DNA from: Psammoneis japonica
Taxonomy: Eukaryota
DNA: 46,498 nucleotides
Direction of reading: 5' to 3'
NCBI GenBank assembly: GCA_008632985.1
Contig: QPGO01000039.1
Span: 558,001-604,498, forward strand
This document shows positions 1 through 11,924 of this stretch, piece after piece. The position numbers were made by a program, and so were the translations under genes. The notes beneath the pieces are model-generated. The model made no database searches and was not told where the DNA came from. It was given only the letters and a program-made list of their open reading frames with translations. Position 1 is the stretch's first letter. Each line of letters starts with the position of its first letter.

Positions 1-3000
1 ACTCCATCATCAACCTCATGCAATTTGCATGCCAAATGAGATCCACAAAAAGTGCAATCAACAAAAGAGAGTCGAGTGGCAGCTTTCTCGCAAAACAACG
101 AGCAGTTGCTGTCGTTCTGTTGTTGGCGCCCTTGCCACAAATGTTCTTGAACATTTAACGTGATGTCATGTTCGAAACAATGAAGACATCAAAAAACAAT
201 GAGAACCGAGGACAGAGAGATCAGTCTCACCGCACGCAGACCGCAGCGAATCATCGCAAGACACAATGAAAAACAAAAGAACTGAACTGTTGCTGTGAAC
301 GAAAAAACAAGAATGTGAGTCATTGCTCAGTCGAGGCTGCTGTGATCCACGGAAAAAAAGTCCCATTGCTGATGCCAGTCGTCACTTTTAGAAGGTTGTG
401 AATGTTTGCGCAGGGCCCTGAGATTGTGGTTGCGTGAACGACGCGTCTCTTTGCCAAAATAAAGAGTGCCTTCACAAAACTCGCTGAAAGCAGCTCAATG
501 CAATTGGGCCCTTTTGTGTGTTCTTTTTCGTTGTTGTCATCGTCACATGCTCCTTTGTGCGTTCGATCCACCGGAGAGGTGACAATGTGATGGACGGCAG
601 GGGTTCGGGTTCTTTTTGCCCCCAAACACCCTGTCAAATGACTGCATTGATTTGGCGTTTTGTTGTTCTTTTGTCGATCGCAGTTGTCATGACGACACTC
701 ACAAGACAAAGCGCCTTTCTAAACTTCCGTTGCATTCTGTGTGGGGTGCCCTTTAAAGCGAGGAGCAAGAGAGAAAGCAAAAGAACTCATGGTGACGGGC
801 AACAGGGAGAATTTCCGTGTGCGCACCATCACAGGGAGCTCAATGGTGCTCCCCACGATCTCGGGTTTTTTGCCAAATTGTGGAAAGCCTGGTGCAGATG
901 CCTGCAAGATTGCTGCTTACAATGATCTCAAGGGTGTTGAGGCCAATGGACTGGACAGAAACCATGTGATGGTCAACGACATTCAAGCCGCTGACGACAA
1001 TTTCAAGCCCACAGGCAGCAGTGGTGACACCTGCAGTTGTGAGGAATGTGACATGCCGTTCACTGGATCGTTTGATGGTGGCGGACATGCCATTCGCGGT
1101 TTGTCCACATTTCTGGGGGAAGATCACGATTGTGACAGCACCGGCTCGGGTTTGTTTGGTGGTGTCGCTGGTGACGCCGACATCCGCAATCTCATCCTCA
1201 ATGACACCAAAGTTGAACATTGTGGCCACTGTCCAAACCATGCCGGATCACTTGCTGGATGTGTGGATGGTGGCACGATCCATAATGTCGCTGCAAGAAA
1301 TTCACAAGTCGAAGGGGATGTCTGTGCTGGTGGGCTTGTTGGATGGGCAGATGGGGGCAATTTCTCCTGCTGCCAGGTTCTTGGTGGGAAAGCATGTGGG
1401 GATGCAGCTGGTGGTCTTGCGGGATGGATTAAAAATGTTGCCATCAAAGAATGCAGTGTGCAAAACATCTCTCTGAAAGATGGGTGTGAACCGTGGTGTC
1501 ACAGGTCTTTTGGCGGTTTGGTTGGCCGAGCCGACTTCTCAGTCATCAACAATTGCTTTGTGGCTGGTGATGTCACTGTTTTGAGCAATTTGCCTGTGGG
1601 TGGCCTTGTTGGGGAAGCATGGGCAACGAACATGTCAAAGAGCCATTTTCCAGGTGATGTGAAAGGAGGTCACACCGCTGGTGGTCTCGTTGGCATGACT
1701 TACAAATCGTCGATTAAGAGCAGCTTTGCCACAGGTGAGGCCACAACAGAGAAGAGCTTGTGTGACGATGATGTTTTCACAGGTGGATTTGTTGGTCGTG
1801 ACAGCTCCGATGACTGCGAGTTGCGACTAGAGGGCAACCACTGCGTGATGGACCCTGCAGTTGGGGGCGAGCATGAGGCAGCCGACACCGAAGTAAAGTC
1901 GTGGAAAGCAAGTGCAGTGTGCCTCGCTGCTGGACAACACGGCGAGACCGTGTGTGAGCCTCTTGCACGTGGCAACGCAGCATTGTTAACACGTGCCTGG
2001 GAAGCACGACCACAGGAGGGCGTGGCTCCAGGTCTCAGGCAATTCTAGAAGGATGCTGAGAGAGCATCCGTGTGAAGCACACTAGCCCGTCGTCTGGCCC
2101 ACGATGGCAGCGTGATTCCACACGATGACATCACTCGTGCATGGCGCGTGATGGCTTGATTCGCACGATCCACAATGCAAATGCACGATCGATTTGATGC
2201 GATCCAAATGCGAACGAATGGGGATTTGGCAAGATTCCCCATTCGCACGATCCCATTTTCTCTGCTCTAAACTGGCTCACAATTTTCACAACGACAAAGT
2301 CGCAACACATCTTCTTTTCAGTGCCTGGCACATGCACAGGGCACAAGGAATTCTTTCGTGATCCCACCAATCCGCCACACTCTGGCTGGGACAGCAACAT
2401 TTGGGCCCAGCCACACAACAGTGAACACCCCCATCCAACCCTTCAGTGCCAATCTTCTGGTCAGAGCAATGCTCCCCCAGTTGCCGTTGATTTCCCTTTG
2501 TCAGGAATGATCAAACTGGACTCGTGCAAAAAACTTGATGACACGATCACCTTTCTGAGTCCGGAGCAAGATCAAACTGCTGACGTCAAGACTTGGGGAG
2601 TCCCCGGTGGAATGACTGCGACAAACAAACCTGGAAATGCAGCGACTGTTCGTCTCGAAATGACACCGACGGCGAATGCGCGGTGCAAGCTGTTCTTCAA
2701 GGCCCAAGACAGCAAGGGAGCTGTTGCCAAGAAGACGCTGCTTGTCACAGTGTCTGGCTGCAAGATGGCAAAGGCACCAAGAATGCGCTGCAAGGAACGA
2801 GACAAAAAAGCCATGTCGTCTTCAAAGTGCTGTGTTTGGACAACAATTGATGACGGGTCCAAATCTTTTGACTCCAAGCCTGTTGTCTTGACGCAAGTCC
2901 CTCCTCCGCCCTGCGGCGTCGGTGTTGCGGACGCAACACTCACAGCTGCGGACAGCGAAGGCCGCACAAATGCCTGTGCGAGGACTGCAACGGTTCGTCA

Positions 3001-3900
3001 ACCTCGGCATGGCGTCTGTCCTGTAAACAAGCCACCAGTTGTGTGCTGCAAAAATGGGGATAAAAGAGCCCGCCCTTCCCCACTTTGCAAGGTGTGGACG
3101 ACGATTGACTTCGATTCGTATGATCCCAACGGTGACACATTGACGCGCGTCCTGGACCCTCCGCCTCCCTGTGGCATTGGAAATAGAACAGTGACACTCA
3201 CAGTCACAGATGGCAAAGGGGCGTCCTCATCGTGCACAAGACATGTCAACGTTGGACCTCCCAGCGATGGCACTTGCTAATCCGGGTGCAAAAACCTGTG
3301 GAAACCAAGGGAGTCAGCGACGTTTAGGAAAGAACAAGACCTGTTCACATTTGGTCCTTCAGTTTTACCTGTCAACATTTATTTTGCACGGTTTTGACAC
3401 TTGTTGGATGCAGTCTTGCGTGAGTTTAGTTCCCACAGTGAACCAAGCAGGTGATGGACCGTTGCAACCTTGCCACAATGATGTTAGACAAACCGCGTGA
3501 CATTTGGAATGCAGAGTGTTTCGGCCATTCTGGCGGCGTTTGCCGTTGAGCGAGAAGTGCACTCCGTGATGCGAGCCAACGGCGAGCCAGAGAAGTGCAG
3601 AATGCTCTCCGCAACGCTGCTCCAACAGATGTCTCTTCAAAGTTCTTGTTGATGGAACGGGCCGCTTGGGCGCCGTGTTTGCCGCATCACACAGGGCTGC
3701 CTTTGACCTTTGAAACGCTGGTTGCACCATGGATTACACACATTCGACATTGTATGTTGCATCATGGGTGGGAAAGGCGATTTGTGCACAGCTGAGAAAC
3801 CATGATTTGAAGGACCACCGAACTCGTGTCCATTTCTCCATCTTCAATCTGCGCAAGTCCGACCACGATCCATTGCATGTCGGGGATCTATCATGTTCAA
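1..3900. other. TpA-depleted domain 1
   Basis: No TA seen in 181-360, 920-1282 or 2270-3023. Many residual TAs lie in TTA/TAA contexts. CpG is retained. Normal TA density returns by ~4240. Confidence 0.9.
638..3280 (+). pseudogene. Secreted GLUG-motif protein with C-terminal Ig/HYR/PKD-like domains, degraded by TA->TG/CA mutation
   Basis: Signal-like MTALIWRFVVLLSIAVV at 638. ORF 741-2048 has FTGSFDGGGHAIRGL, GLFG and repeated GGLVG motifs. ORF 2321-3280 has WDSNIW..HPHPTL and two IDxxSxD..PPPPCG.G..VTLT..D repeats. Tyr is nearly absent and Cys/His are in excess. Exon structure is unresolved. Confidence 0.65.
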
Positions 3901-4437
3901 CTTTTGTCGAATCTCGATGGCCTCAGACACTCAGAACTAACAATGCAAGCCGCCCATGTTCAACGTGCTAGCACCTTATGAAAACAGTGCTCTCACAGAC
4001 TTCGTCGCTGATGCAAGTGCGCGGGGCGACATTGGAACCCACTGTCATGCTTCTGCCGTCGATGCTAATTTCAATGGCATGTCATTCGAGAGGAACATGG
4101 TTACAAGAAATAGAGAAAACAGAAAGAGTCGTCGTAGCAAAAGAGAACAAGCAACAGCATCATCTTCTGATTTTCAATTTCTGATCAAAAAATGCGAGAA
4201 AGCACGACGGCCCGAAACAGAATGAGCCAAGTCAAACAAAATAGGAGTAGACAGATTGTAATACGAACATTAGGTGAGAGATTCTTAATACGCTTATACA
4301 TTAATAATTGTACTGATTCTACGCAATACTGACGTGCTGTAGTTGCCGTATCTTTTGGATAGGCCCTATTTTTCCATTTATTTCGAATCAAAAAATCATT
4401 CCCAACCCCAACAAGACGACGTTCTTGCTTTCCAATC

Positions 4438-5471
4438 ATGCTGCGGCAATGCCTCTTCCTTTTGTTTCTCTCTTTGATTTCCCATTCATCATTAGCCAAG
4501 AAGAATGATGGCGATTTCATTGTTGCGGGGTATCTCCCGAATTATCGTTTTGATGATTACAATACAACAGCCGCCGCTCCATACCTGACGGACATTTTTT
4601 TGTTTTCAATTGAAGCCAACAAGTACGGATTGATTTCCACGTGTTGTTTGGAGGAACGTCATTACAGTATGGATGATAGTAGTATTCGTCGCTGGGTCAC
4701 GGTGGGTGGTGCGGGACGGAGTCATGGTTTTTCAGCTATTGCAGCGTCTCCCCAAAAGCAAGCAAACTTTCTGCAACGACTCGTTGATTTGTGGTGCGTT
4801 GTAATTGTTGTTGTTGTTTTGATGATATAAAAATCTCAATCTACCATTCATTACTCTCTAGTCTCCAACATGGTTTGGTGGGTGTCGATTTCAATTGGGA
4901 ACAACCCACGTCTCAGGCCGAATTTCAAGCGTACATGGCGATGCTGTTGGAAGCGTGCAAACTGCTGCATTCTCAAAAGCTCTTGGTGAGTCTGTCGACG
5001 CGCTTGCATATAATACCCCACCAAGTTGTGGAGGAGTTGGATCATGTGCTGGTCAATACCTATCAAATGCCAGGACACGCCTACCATGCGGAATACAGCG
5101 TCGTGACGAAGCACGTGGAAGAGCATTGGTTATCCAAATTTCCCCGGCACAAGCTACTTTTGGGTATTCCGGCATATTCTGTTTTGGGCAGCGATACGAA
5201 AACCTACAGGGAGCTAATGGAGGATGCCATGAAATCCCATCCAAACCGAAATGATTGGGATGATTTTGAAGAATACAAGGGCTACCTGTTTGAGTCTCCT
5301 CACTCTGTACGCAAAAAGGTTGCGTACGCCCAAAGCAAGGGAATGGGTGGTGTCTTTTTTTGGGAACTGGGACAAGATTTGCAAGTCCCCGGTAATTCTG
5401 GCGGCATGTTGTTAGAGGCGGCGTCCCCACAAGCAAACGAACGACGAGAGGACAAAGAGCAGGAATTGTAA
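4438..5471 (+). CDS. GH18 chitinase-like glycoside hydrolase, 2 exons (intron ~4794-4861)
   Basis: Signal peptide; VAGYLPNY, VTVGGAG, GVDFNWE, KLLLGIPAY and GMGGVFFWELGQD motifs. A GT..AG intron restores the frame. Ends in EQEL. Confidence 0.88.
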
Positions 5472-5611
5472 AATATGAAAGACGATGGATTGTGCAAGCA
5501 AAACTCTACAAGAGTTATCGCAAAATTGCGGGTAAAAATGGTTGTACAAGATGTAGTACAATATCTCCCACAAAAAATCAATCATCATTCCTCTCGTTCG
5601 CTCGCTCGCTC

Positions 5612-7080
5612 TTATTCCGGAACACGGTAATAACGAGATTCGACAAAGGGCATTTTGGTCACCTCAGCCTTTTGCATTTTGTTTCGAATCTTGATTTGAA
5701 TTTCGGTACCCGCCTTGGCGGATTTCGTCTCGACATAGCCCATGGCAATTGGCTTTTTCAGACACGGACTAAACGTTCCACTCGTCACTTTTCCAATGAG
5801 GGTTTCACCGGTAGCGTCGTAAATTTCCGCATCACTTCGTGCCGGAGCCTTCATGCCCATGATACCCACGCGTTTTCTAGACACCTTTTTGAATTTACCC
5901 TCGGGTGTTAAAATGTGTTCGGCACCCAAGAAACCACCCTCGGTGCGACGGCGGCTGCCGGGACCACCCATGGTCCAACCAAGCGTGCCCTCGGTGGGTG
6001 TCGTCGTTTCATCTAGGTCGTTTCCATAGAGACAAAGACCAGCCTCCAATCGGAGCGAATCTCGAGCGCCCAAGCCCGTGGGCAAAACGGAGGGATCCTC
6101 CAATAGCTTGGATGCAATCGAAACGGCATGCTCGTGAGGCATGGCAATTTCAAAACCGTCCTCACCCGTGTAGCCGCAACTATAAAAAGTGAGAATAATT
6201 TTATGCGGAAGTAGTATATGAGAAGGCAACCAAGAAACAAAAAGTATAGAAGCAAAATTCAATAGTAGAACATCATAACGTACCGAGTAATACGACATCC
6301 ATCAATACCATCCAATGTCGTGTTGGTTCCCGTCATGAAGGCCATGTTGACCAAATCAAATCCATCCGGCAAGAGCTTGGCGACAGCCTCCGCCGCACCG
6401 GGTCCTTGCACGGCCAAGAGCTGCATGCTGTCTTCCAAATATTCCATGCACACTTCGCCATCAAAATCCTCCATTTGTTTTCGAAAATGCTCCATGTCGC
6501 CAAATTTCGTGGCACCGTTCACCACCATGTAAATGTAGTCGCCGGCATTGGTAATGACCGTGTCGTCAATGATTCCGCCCTTTTCGTTTGTCACCAGAGA
6601 CAAGCATCCCGAGCCCTCGCTTAGACCGCCAATGTCGCCAACCACGATTTTTTCTAAAAACTTGACGCGGTCCTTGCCGTGCCATTTAATCTGTAAATAT
6701 AGGATGAAAGTATTGGTGTTTAGCTCGGTATCGATAACAATCAGGCATGCAAGTCGATTTTCCACTACAGCAGCCAAAACAATTGTTACACTCACCTGTC
6801 CCATGTGAGACACGTCAAAAAGAGACGATTTTCCCTCGGAACGACAATGCAAATGCTCCTTCATGACGCCACCGTTTTCACCCTTGTACAAGACGGGCAA
6901 TTCATAGCCGGCAAAAGGCACCATGTCACCTCCGAGCTCCTTGTGCAAATCATAGAGCGCCGTTTTCACCAAGGGTTCGTCGGAAGCGGCGGCAGCAGCA
7001 AAGGACCGCTTAGAATTTGCAACAACGACACGACGTCCCAAGGCGAGACCCGCAGCACGACTTGACGACGAAAACACCAT
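5612..7080 (-). CDS. gcvT: Glycine cleavage system T protein (aminomethyltransferase), mitochondrial; introns 6691-6795 and 6180-6283
   Basis: KTALYDLH, FDVSHMGQ, GGIIDDTVI, TRCGYTGEDGFEI, GLGARDSLRLEAGLCLYG motifs; Arg/Ser/Ala-rich presequence. Confidence 0.97.
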
Positions 7081-7854
7081 GGTTGCAAAGGAATGATGGA
7101 TGCGTCGTTGTGAGAAAAGTGAGAGCAAAGATTTTTCTGGTACTGAAATCACGTTGAAATCTACGGATACTTTGTATTCGAAGTAAGTACGTCATACCTA
7201 CCGACGTCATCATATCGTCACATCCACGTCATCGACTCTTTGCATTCTGTCTGTTTGATCTGTTTGTCCGCCAAAAATATGATCGTTTTCCCGATTTGAA
7301 TTTTGAATTTTGATTTGTGTTGTTTGTCCGACCTCCACTTTATTTTCATCTCCATGATTGAAGTGTGAATATAATGTACGTCATATTCAACGAATTCAAC
7401 AGAGAACTCCAGAATCACCTTTTAGCCAATCAGATCGTCAAGATTTCGAAATGTTTCCGTTGAACAGCTGTTCTTTCTTATCATCAACGAATATTCTGTG
7501 ATGATTCAAACAGGACGTCACGACTGATGGATGCTGTCAACCACGTACCAATCACTTCATGGTATGTTTCTACGTATATTCTACGAGGAATTCTTCGCAA
7601 AGGAGGTGGCGGGCGGCGGGCGGCGCGCCGGCATTTTTGCGTGTGCTTTTTCTGCCCGTGCTTTTGCCGCGGTATTTGCATCGGCAAAAAACGTTCTTCT
7701 GCTTGTTGCGATCCAACAACCATCCAACGAATTGTTGGTTCAAACGGGATCGAACAACGAACAAGAGGGTGTCACAACTCTAGAGAGCAATCATATCGTT
7801 CGTTCGAAAGCGAGTGCAGTGCATATAGAAGACGAGACTTTCATCAAGACGGAC

Positions 7855-8178
7855 ATGAAGAAACAGGTCTTTTCGTTGCTTTTGTTCTGCAGCACGGTTA
7901 CTTCGGGTCAAGCCTTTGTTGTTGTGTCGACTCATCCGCAGCACACTGACCATGCACTTCGATTGACGCCCGATCAAGCACCCTATCTTGAAGAATGTGC
8001 GGCAGATCTCATGAAGGCTGCTATTGTAGCGCAGGCGGCGGCTCGAGAAGCTCAAAAGGCTGGAGCAGAATCGGAATACTACCGTGTAGTGCCACGCAAG
8101 TCTCGAGTGCCGGTGTGGTGTCAAAAGGTGATTCATAGCATCACACATCATCATGATGGACAGCAGCAGCAGCGTTGA
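7855..8178 (+). CDS. Small putative plastid-targeted protein of unknown function
   Basis: MKKQVFSLLLFCSTVTSGQAFVV looks like a signal peptide plus A-F motif; 107 aa. Confidence 0.6.
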   Translation: MKKQVFSLLLFCSTVTSGQAFVVVSTHPQHTDHALRLTPDQAPYLEECAADLMKAAIVAQAAAREAQKAGAESEYYRVVPRKSRVPVWCQKVIHSITHHHDGQQQQR

Positions 8179-8630
8179 TGTAAACAAGAAAGAAAACAAG
8201 CATGTACAATGAAAACAGCGCATACGTTACCGAATCAATGCTTGCGCGTCCATTCATCTCTAGGTGTAACGAAACCTATAACTAATCTAGTTCAAGAGTT
8301 ATATGGTCGAAATAATCTATGCTAGCTGGCATATGATCATATCTTTTATATCTAGAGTTAAGCGGCGAGTTGCACACTCTAGTTTTGAAAAGATTACAAC
8401 TCCATCTAGCTATACACAGACTGCGTGATCTAGACACTCCTCTACGGTATGTTTCAGTGTTAGCGCCATAGTACTGTCTTTTCTCTTTGCTTTACCATCA
8501 CAGATATGTCAAGCCTCACATTCTCGAGCACTTAGACGACCTTAGCAGGTACAACAAACAGCTACAGGTACCAACCAGAAAACTAACTACGCAATACAGT
8601 AGCTACGAAAATTTAAGTTGCTATGGGCTA

Positions 8631-9704
8631 TCATGTCTTTTTGTCTTTTCCCCTCACTTCCCCTCCATGAATGGTATAAGTCCCATAATTCTTGTTTGGG
8701 TCGTACGTTTCCCATCGACTGGCTGGAAAAATGTGCTTGTTGCGCTCATACCATTTCCGCTCCACCACTTTACCGGGATGCGATTCATCCTTTTCAATAC
8801 GTGAATCAATCGGTCCCACCCGGACATCGTCATGAACATCAAAATGAAAAAGCGGTCCCGACTTGCCTCGAGCCTTGGTGACAATCAAATCATAAAACGA
8901 AACATCAAACGGAAGAATCAAATCTTCCTTGACATACAAGAGTGCGTCGGCGGCGATGGATTGGAGTTCCTTGAATTCCTTGCATAAATCCTTGCGGACG
9001 ACTTCGAGAAAGGCGCCAATCGAATCGCCTTTTTTGCAAATCACCTTGCGGCGATGGCCGGATCCGTCCCAATACGAATAGACAATTTCGAGTTTTTCGT
9101 CTCGCATGGCAGCTTGTTTTTCCGTCCACTCTTTTTGCAGGGCTTGGCGTTGTCGTAGCAAGTCTAATTCGCGTTGCTTGTCGGGTAGAAACGATGTGTC
9201 TGTGGAGGGATCCTTGAATACAGCCTTTTGTGTTTCTGCTTCTTCTTGTGTTTCTTCGTCTTCGAGTGTCTCGTCCTCATGAGCAAAACTCAGTGTAGAC
9301 ATGGCCTGACGTTTCTTCTTCTTTGCTTTTTTTGATAGCTTTTTCTTTTTCTTGGCCTCTTGTTTCAATTCTTGTGCTATAATTTCATTCTCTTCAATAA
9401 GATTATCGTCTTGTTTCTTTTCTTTAGCTTGCGCCGCCTTTTTAAAGTCTTCCGCCGAAACGAGTCCAATCGTTTGAGAGCGAAAGGTTTGTTCGGCTTG
9501 TGATAGGGACGAGTTGCCTGCAAATTTTTCGTGAATGGACTTGGCCGTATTCTGATCGACAATTTGTTTCTTGCGTTGTTCAAACTCTTCTTGCTGCAGT
9601 TGTCGTTTCTTTGTAAGGGATGCCGCACGAGCCCCCGCGACGTTGCCCTCGACCGTGTGAATGCCAGATTCGGGTAAACGAAAATTTGCAGAGAAATCAC
9701 CCAT
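8631..9704 (-). CDS. XAP5: XAP5/FAM50 family nuclear protein
   Basis: [66 protein letters not shown]. Confidence 0.96.
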   Translation of the reverse strand: MGDFSANFRLPESGIHTVEGNVAGARAASLTKKRQLQQEEFEQRKKQIVDQNTAKSIHEKFAGNSSLSQAEQTFRSQTIGLVSAEDFKKAAQAKEKKQDDNLIEENEIIAQELKQEAKKKKKLSKKAKKKKRQAMSTLSFAHEDETLEDEETQEEAETQKAVFKDPSTDTSFLPDKQRELDLLRQRQALQKEWTEKQAAMRDEKLEIVYSYWDGSGHRRKVICKKGDSIGAFLEVVRKDLCKEFKELQSIAADALLYVKEDLILPFDVSFYDLIVTKARGKSGPLFHFDVHDDVRVGPIDSRIEKDESHPGKVVERKWYERNKHIFPASRWETYDPNKNYGTYTIHGGEVRGKDKKT

Positions 9705-9997
9705 TGTTTCTTTGTAGATACTGTTGTAAAATTATGATAAGGCGCTAGGGAAGGCTCGAACTGACAGAGGAAGAAAGCATGAAAGGAGGAGCAATGAGCA
9801 ATACAAGTCCAAACCCAACACAGACAACGCAATTGCGGTTTCCGTATTTTAAAATAGAAGATTAAGGAAGCCTATGTAGAGCGGAAGGTAACAGCAGAGG
9901 GAGGCACGGAGGTAGCTGTAGAGACGGTAGAGTAAAAGGGTCGATGGACGCAAGACGAAGGGCGTTTTGTGGAAGGTATGGGTGAGGAGGGGGCAGG

Positions 9998-10344
9998 TGT
10001 GACAATATTCATATTTGCATGTTTTTACAACAACATCGGACCTCCACGATTCCAATCAGAGATCCAAGATTCGAACCCCGTGTGCGATGCTCAGTCTCGA
10101 ATCCCGCGGAAGCCGAGTCACGAATGCGATGTTTGTTCCTAGCTTCGCGCTTGTTTAACTTCGCGTTTCCTTTAGATGGCAGCTGCATCTGCTCATAAAA
10201 ACTGCTCATAATCTTTCTAACGTATTGATTATCACCTCTCAACTTTTGGTTCAATAAAGTTACTGATTGATTGTTGTGTCGCAATCACAGCTTTTGATCA
10301 CTGAAAGTGCAGACGAATCTCAGAATTCCGGCTACTTTCCCACA
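9998..10344 (+). repeat. 5' LTR
   Basis: TGTGACAATA...TTTCCCACA; no differences from 16227-16573 seen by eye. Confidence 0.97.
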
Positions 10345-10358
10345 CGCTTCCTCTGCGC
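10342..10358 (+). promoter_or_regulatory. Putative primer binding site
   Basis: (ACA)CGCTTCCTCTGCGC at the 5' LTR end. Its reverse complement GCGCAGAGGAAGCG resembles the D-arm of eukaryotic initiator tRNA-Met. Confidence 0.55.
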
Positions 10359-10418
10359 AACCTACAAGTTAAGTCAATCGATCTTAAGCTCTCGATTCTA
10401 CTTTACTTTGCTGTTACT

Positions 10419-11924
10419 ATGGTCACGCAGACACGAACCGCGGCTGCTCTAGCTGCCTCTGTTGCAGCTCCCGCTGCTGCACCCGCTGCAGCTCCTACCA
10501 CTGCTGCTGCTCCGGCAACAGCACCTGCTCCTGCAGCCGCTCCAGTTGCTCCTGTACCTCCCCCAGTCGTTCCTCCCGGTGCACCTCCAGGAGGAGGTGG
10601 CGGAGGAGGTGGAGGAGGAGGCGGAGGTGGAGTCCCACCAGGTGGAGTCCCGCCAGGTGGACCACCATTGGCACCTGTGCCACCACTGCCGATCTTCGCG
10701 TTGACTCCAGGTCAACACCGTCCCAACAACTTCATCGACTACGGCACATCGCAAGGCCTCAAGCTTTGGAACGCCGCTACTGCACCGCTGCCGCACGAGT
10801 TCAACGGCGATTCAGAAGGTCTCAAACGGTTTTGTGAGACACTCAGTCAACGAGCTGCCGAGGCAGGATGGAAAACAGGGGCAGGAGACATACTTACCAT
10901 TCCCGACGCGAATGGAACTCCACGAGATCTCATCTCCGAGTACGGACTACTCACTCTACAGGATGTTAGAACCCACGCGAACACCTTCGCGAATCTACCT
11001 ACGCGACAAGCACAGAACAATGTGCAGATGGCCGAGGCGATCTCTCAATCCCTTACGGAGGAAGCAAGAGACAAGATATTGGCTGAGATAGATTCCTATA
11101 CGATCAATGGAAATCAAATCGGCACACTATTCTTCAAGCTACTTACGCAAAAGGCCATCGTTGACACACGCTCTACCACTAACTACTTCCGCGAGAACTT
11201 GTCAAGCCTGGATACCTACATGGCGGCTGTTAACTCGGACATCGAAGAGTTCAACAAGTACGCCAAGCTCAACGTTGATGGACTCCAAGCTAGAGGAGAG
11301 CAGTGCGACGACCTTATCATGAACCTATTCAAAGGATACGCCGCAGCTGCTGACGAAGTATTCGTCAAGTACATCATGTTATACAAGGACAGGTACGACG
11401 ACGGTGAGGAATTCACGCCGACGCAAATCATGACGTTGGCACTGAACAAATATACTAACCTCAAGCGCGAGAAGAAGTGGGGAGCACTGTCACCGGCTGA
11501 AGAGCAAATCGTCGCGCTTACAGCCAAGGTGGACTCCATCAAGGATCAGAACCTTCAGCTATCTAAAGCTTTGAAGGCCAAGGCTGGTTCAACCAAGGAA
11601 AGAAGCACACGGTCAAGGAAGACCAAGACTACTCCACGTCAGAGACAGAAAGCGGACGAAGCCTGGAAGAAAGTCCCGCCTAAGGAGGACGCTCCTAAGA
11701 AGACAGTGAACGGTCATCAGTACTATCACAAGCGCGTCAACTATCGCGACTATCACTGGTGCCCATATCACACTGCTTGGGTCATACACTTACCTGATGA
11801 TCCGGGCAACCAAGGCTGTAGACTCCGCAAGCAACAGTCTGCTCCATCCACAGACACGTCGGACAAGAAAGTCTCCTTCGCAAGTGCTATCTCTACCATC
11901 CTAAATGAAGTGGATCAAGAGTGA
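10419..11924 (+). CDS. gag: Copia Gag
   Basis: First ORF after the LTR; Ala/Pro/Gly-rich N-terminus, helical core, C-terminal WCPYH..WVIH...C motif. Confidence 0.85.
   Translation: MVTQTRTAAALAASVAAPAAAPAAAPTTAAAPATAPAPAAAPVAPVPPPVVPPGAPPGGGGGGGGGGGGGGVPPGGVPPGGPPLAPVPPLPIFALTPGQHRPNNFIDYGTSQGLKLWNAATAPLPHEFNGDSEGLKRFCETLSQRAAEAGWKTGAGDILTIPDANGTPRDLISEYGLLTLQDVRTHANTFANLPTRQAQNNVQMAEAISQSLTEEARDKILAEIDSYTINGNQIGTLFFKLLTQKAIVDTRSTTNYFRENLSSLDTYMAAVNSDIEEFNKYAKLNVDGLQARGEQCDDLIMNLFKGYAAAADEVFVKYIMLYKDRYDDGEEFTPTQIMTLALNKYTNLKREKKWGALSPAEEQIVALTAKVDSIKDQNLQLSKALKAKAGSTKERSTRSRKTKTTPRQRQKADEAWKKVPPKEDAPKKTVNGHQYYHKRVNYRDYHWCPYHTAWVIHLPDDPGNQGCRLRKQQSAPSTDTSDKKVSFASAISTILNEVDQE

Noticed and set aside
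1908..1915. GCAAGTGC as a mutated GTAAGTAC splice donor
   Set aside because: It fits the mutation pattern, but its phase does not match the obvious acceptor at 2320-2321.
10009..10284. 91-aa antisense ORF in both LTRs
   Set aside because: It is duplicated only because the LTR is, and has no recognisable protein features.
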